A DNA stretch of 62,000 nt from positions 372,001 to 434,000 of the forward strand of contig JASTWF010000365.1 of assembly GCA_030390025.1 (NCBI GenBank), in the 5' to 3' direction. The position numbers and the translations under genes were made by a program. The notes under the pieces are model-generated. The model saw only the letters and a program-made list of their open reading frames with translations, did no database searches and was not told the origin of the DNA. This document shows, piece by piece, positions 61,458-62,000 of the stretch (the first letter of the stretch is position 1; each line of letters starts with the position of its first letter). The stretch comes from Squalus acanthias (Eukaryota).

Positions 61458-62000
61458 AGAACATTAGAAATAGGAGCAGGAGTCGGCCATTGGGCCCCTC
61501 GAGCCTGCTCCGCCATTCGATGAGATCATGGCTGATCTTCGACCTCATCTCCACTTTCCTGCACTGTCCCCATATCCCTTGATGCCCTTACGAGTCAGAA
61601 ATCTATCGATCTCTGTTTTGAATATACCCAATGACTGAGCCTCCACAGCCCTCTGGGGTAGAGAATTCCAAAGATTCACCACCCTCTGTGTGAAGAAATT
61701 TCTCCTCATCTCAGTCCTGAATGGCCTACCCTTTATCCTGAGGCTGTGGCCCCTGGTTCTAGACTCCCCAGCCAATGGAAACATTCTCCCAGCATCCACC
61801 CTATCAAGCCCTGTAATAATTGTGCGCGCTTCAATGAGATCCCCTCCCATTCTTCTGAATTCAAGAGAATACAGGCCTAGTTTACTCAATCTCTTCTCAT
61901 ACGACAGTCCCGCCATCCCAGGAATCAATCTCGTGAACCTTCGTTGCACTCCCTCTATGGCAAGTATATCCTTCCTTAGGTAAGGAGACCAAAATGGTAC
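61458..62000 (-). mobile_element. CR1 LINE 3' fragment
   Basis: Uninterrupted ORF 61545-61949: QRRFTRLIPGMAGLSYEKRLSKLGLYSLEFRRM...RRNFFTQRVVNLWNSLPQ. Confidence 0.93.

Overview
Repeat-dense vertebrate genomic DNA. The repeat families (Deu-domain tRNA-SINEs, CR1/L2/RTE LINE tails, a Penelope-type terminal repeat) point to a cartilaginous fish; this is inferred. The only supported protein-coding gene is the 3' half of a minus-strand nectin, most like NECTIN2. I reconstructed six exons with GT-AG boundaries and consistent phases. They are the last Ig-domain exon (56679-56827), an alpha-type single terminal exon (41611-42062, ending SKKAVYV) and a four-exon delta-type tail (15976-16114, 13506-13566, 12650-12730, 10562-10738, ending SKGMYV). 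The long ORFs in the track are translations of tandem repeats or LINE remnants. Points worth following up: (1) a palindromic Penelope-like insertion with a minimal hammerhead ribozyme in each arm and a target-site duplication (60018-60434); (2) a possible secreted nectin isoform, where intron read-through ends at a stop overlapping AATAAA; (3) repeated birth of minisatellites from fixed seed sites inside SINE, L2 and hAT-MITE copies; (4) an intronic G-run minisatellite with YY1/ETS-like motifs; (5) a tail-to-tail CR1 fold-back downstream of the delta stop; (6) a decayed C2H2 zinc-finger unit. I found no CRISPR array, viral gene or clearly new protein system. Repeat boundaries were read by eye and are approximate. 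Comparisons to human nectin-2 are from memory, not from a search.
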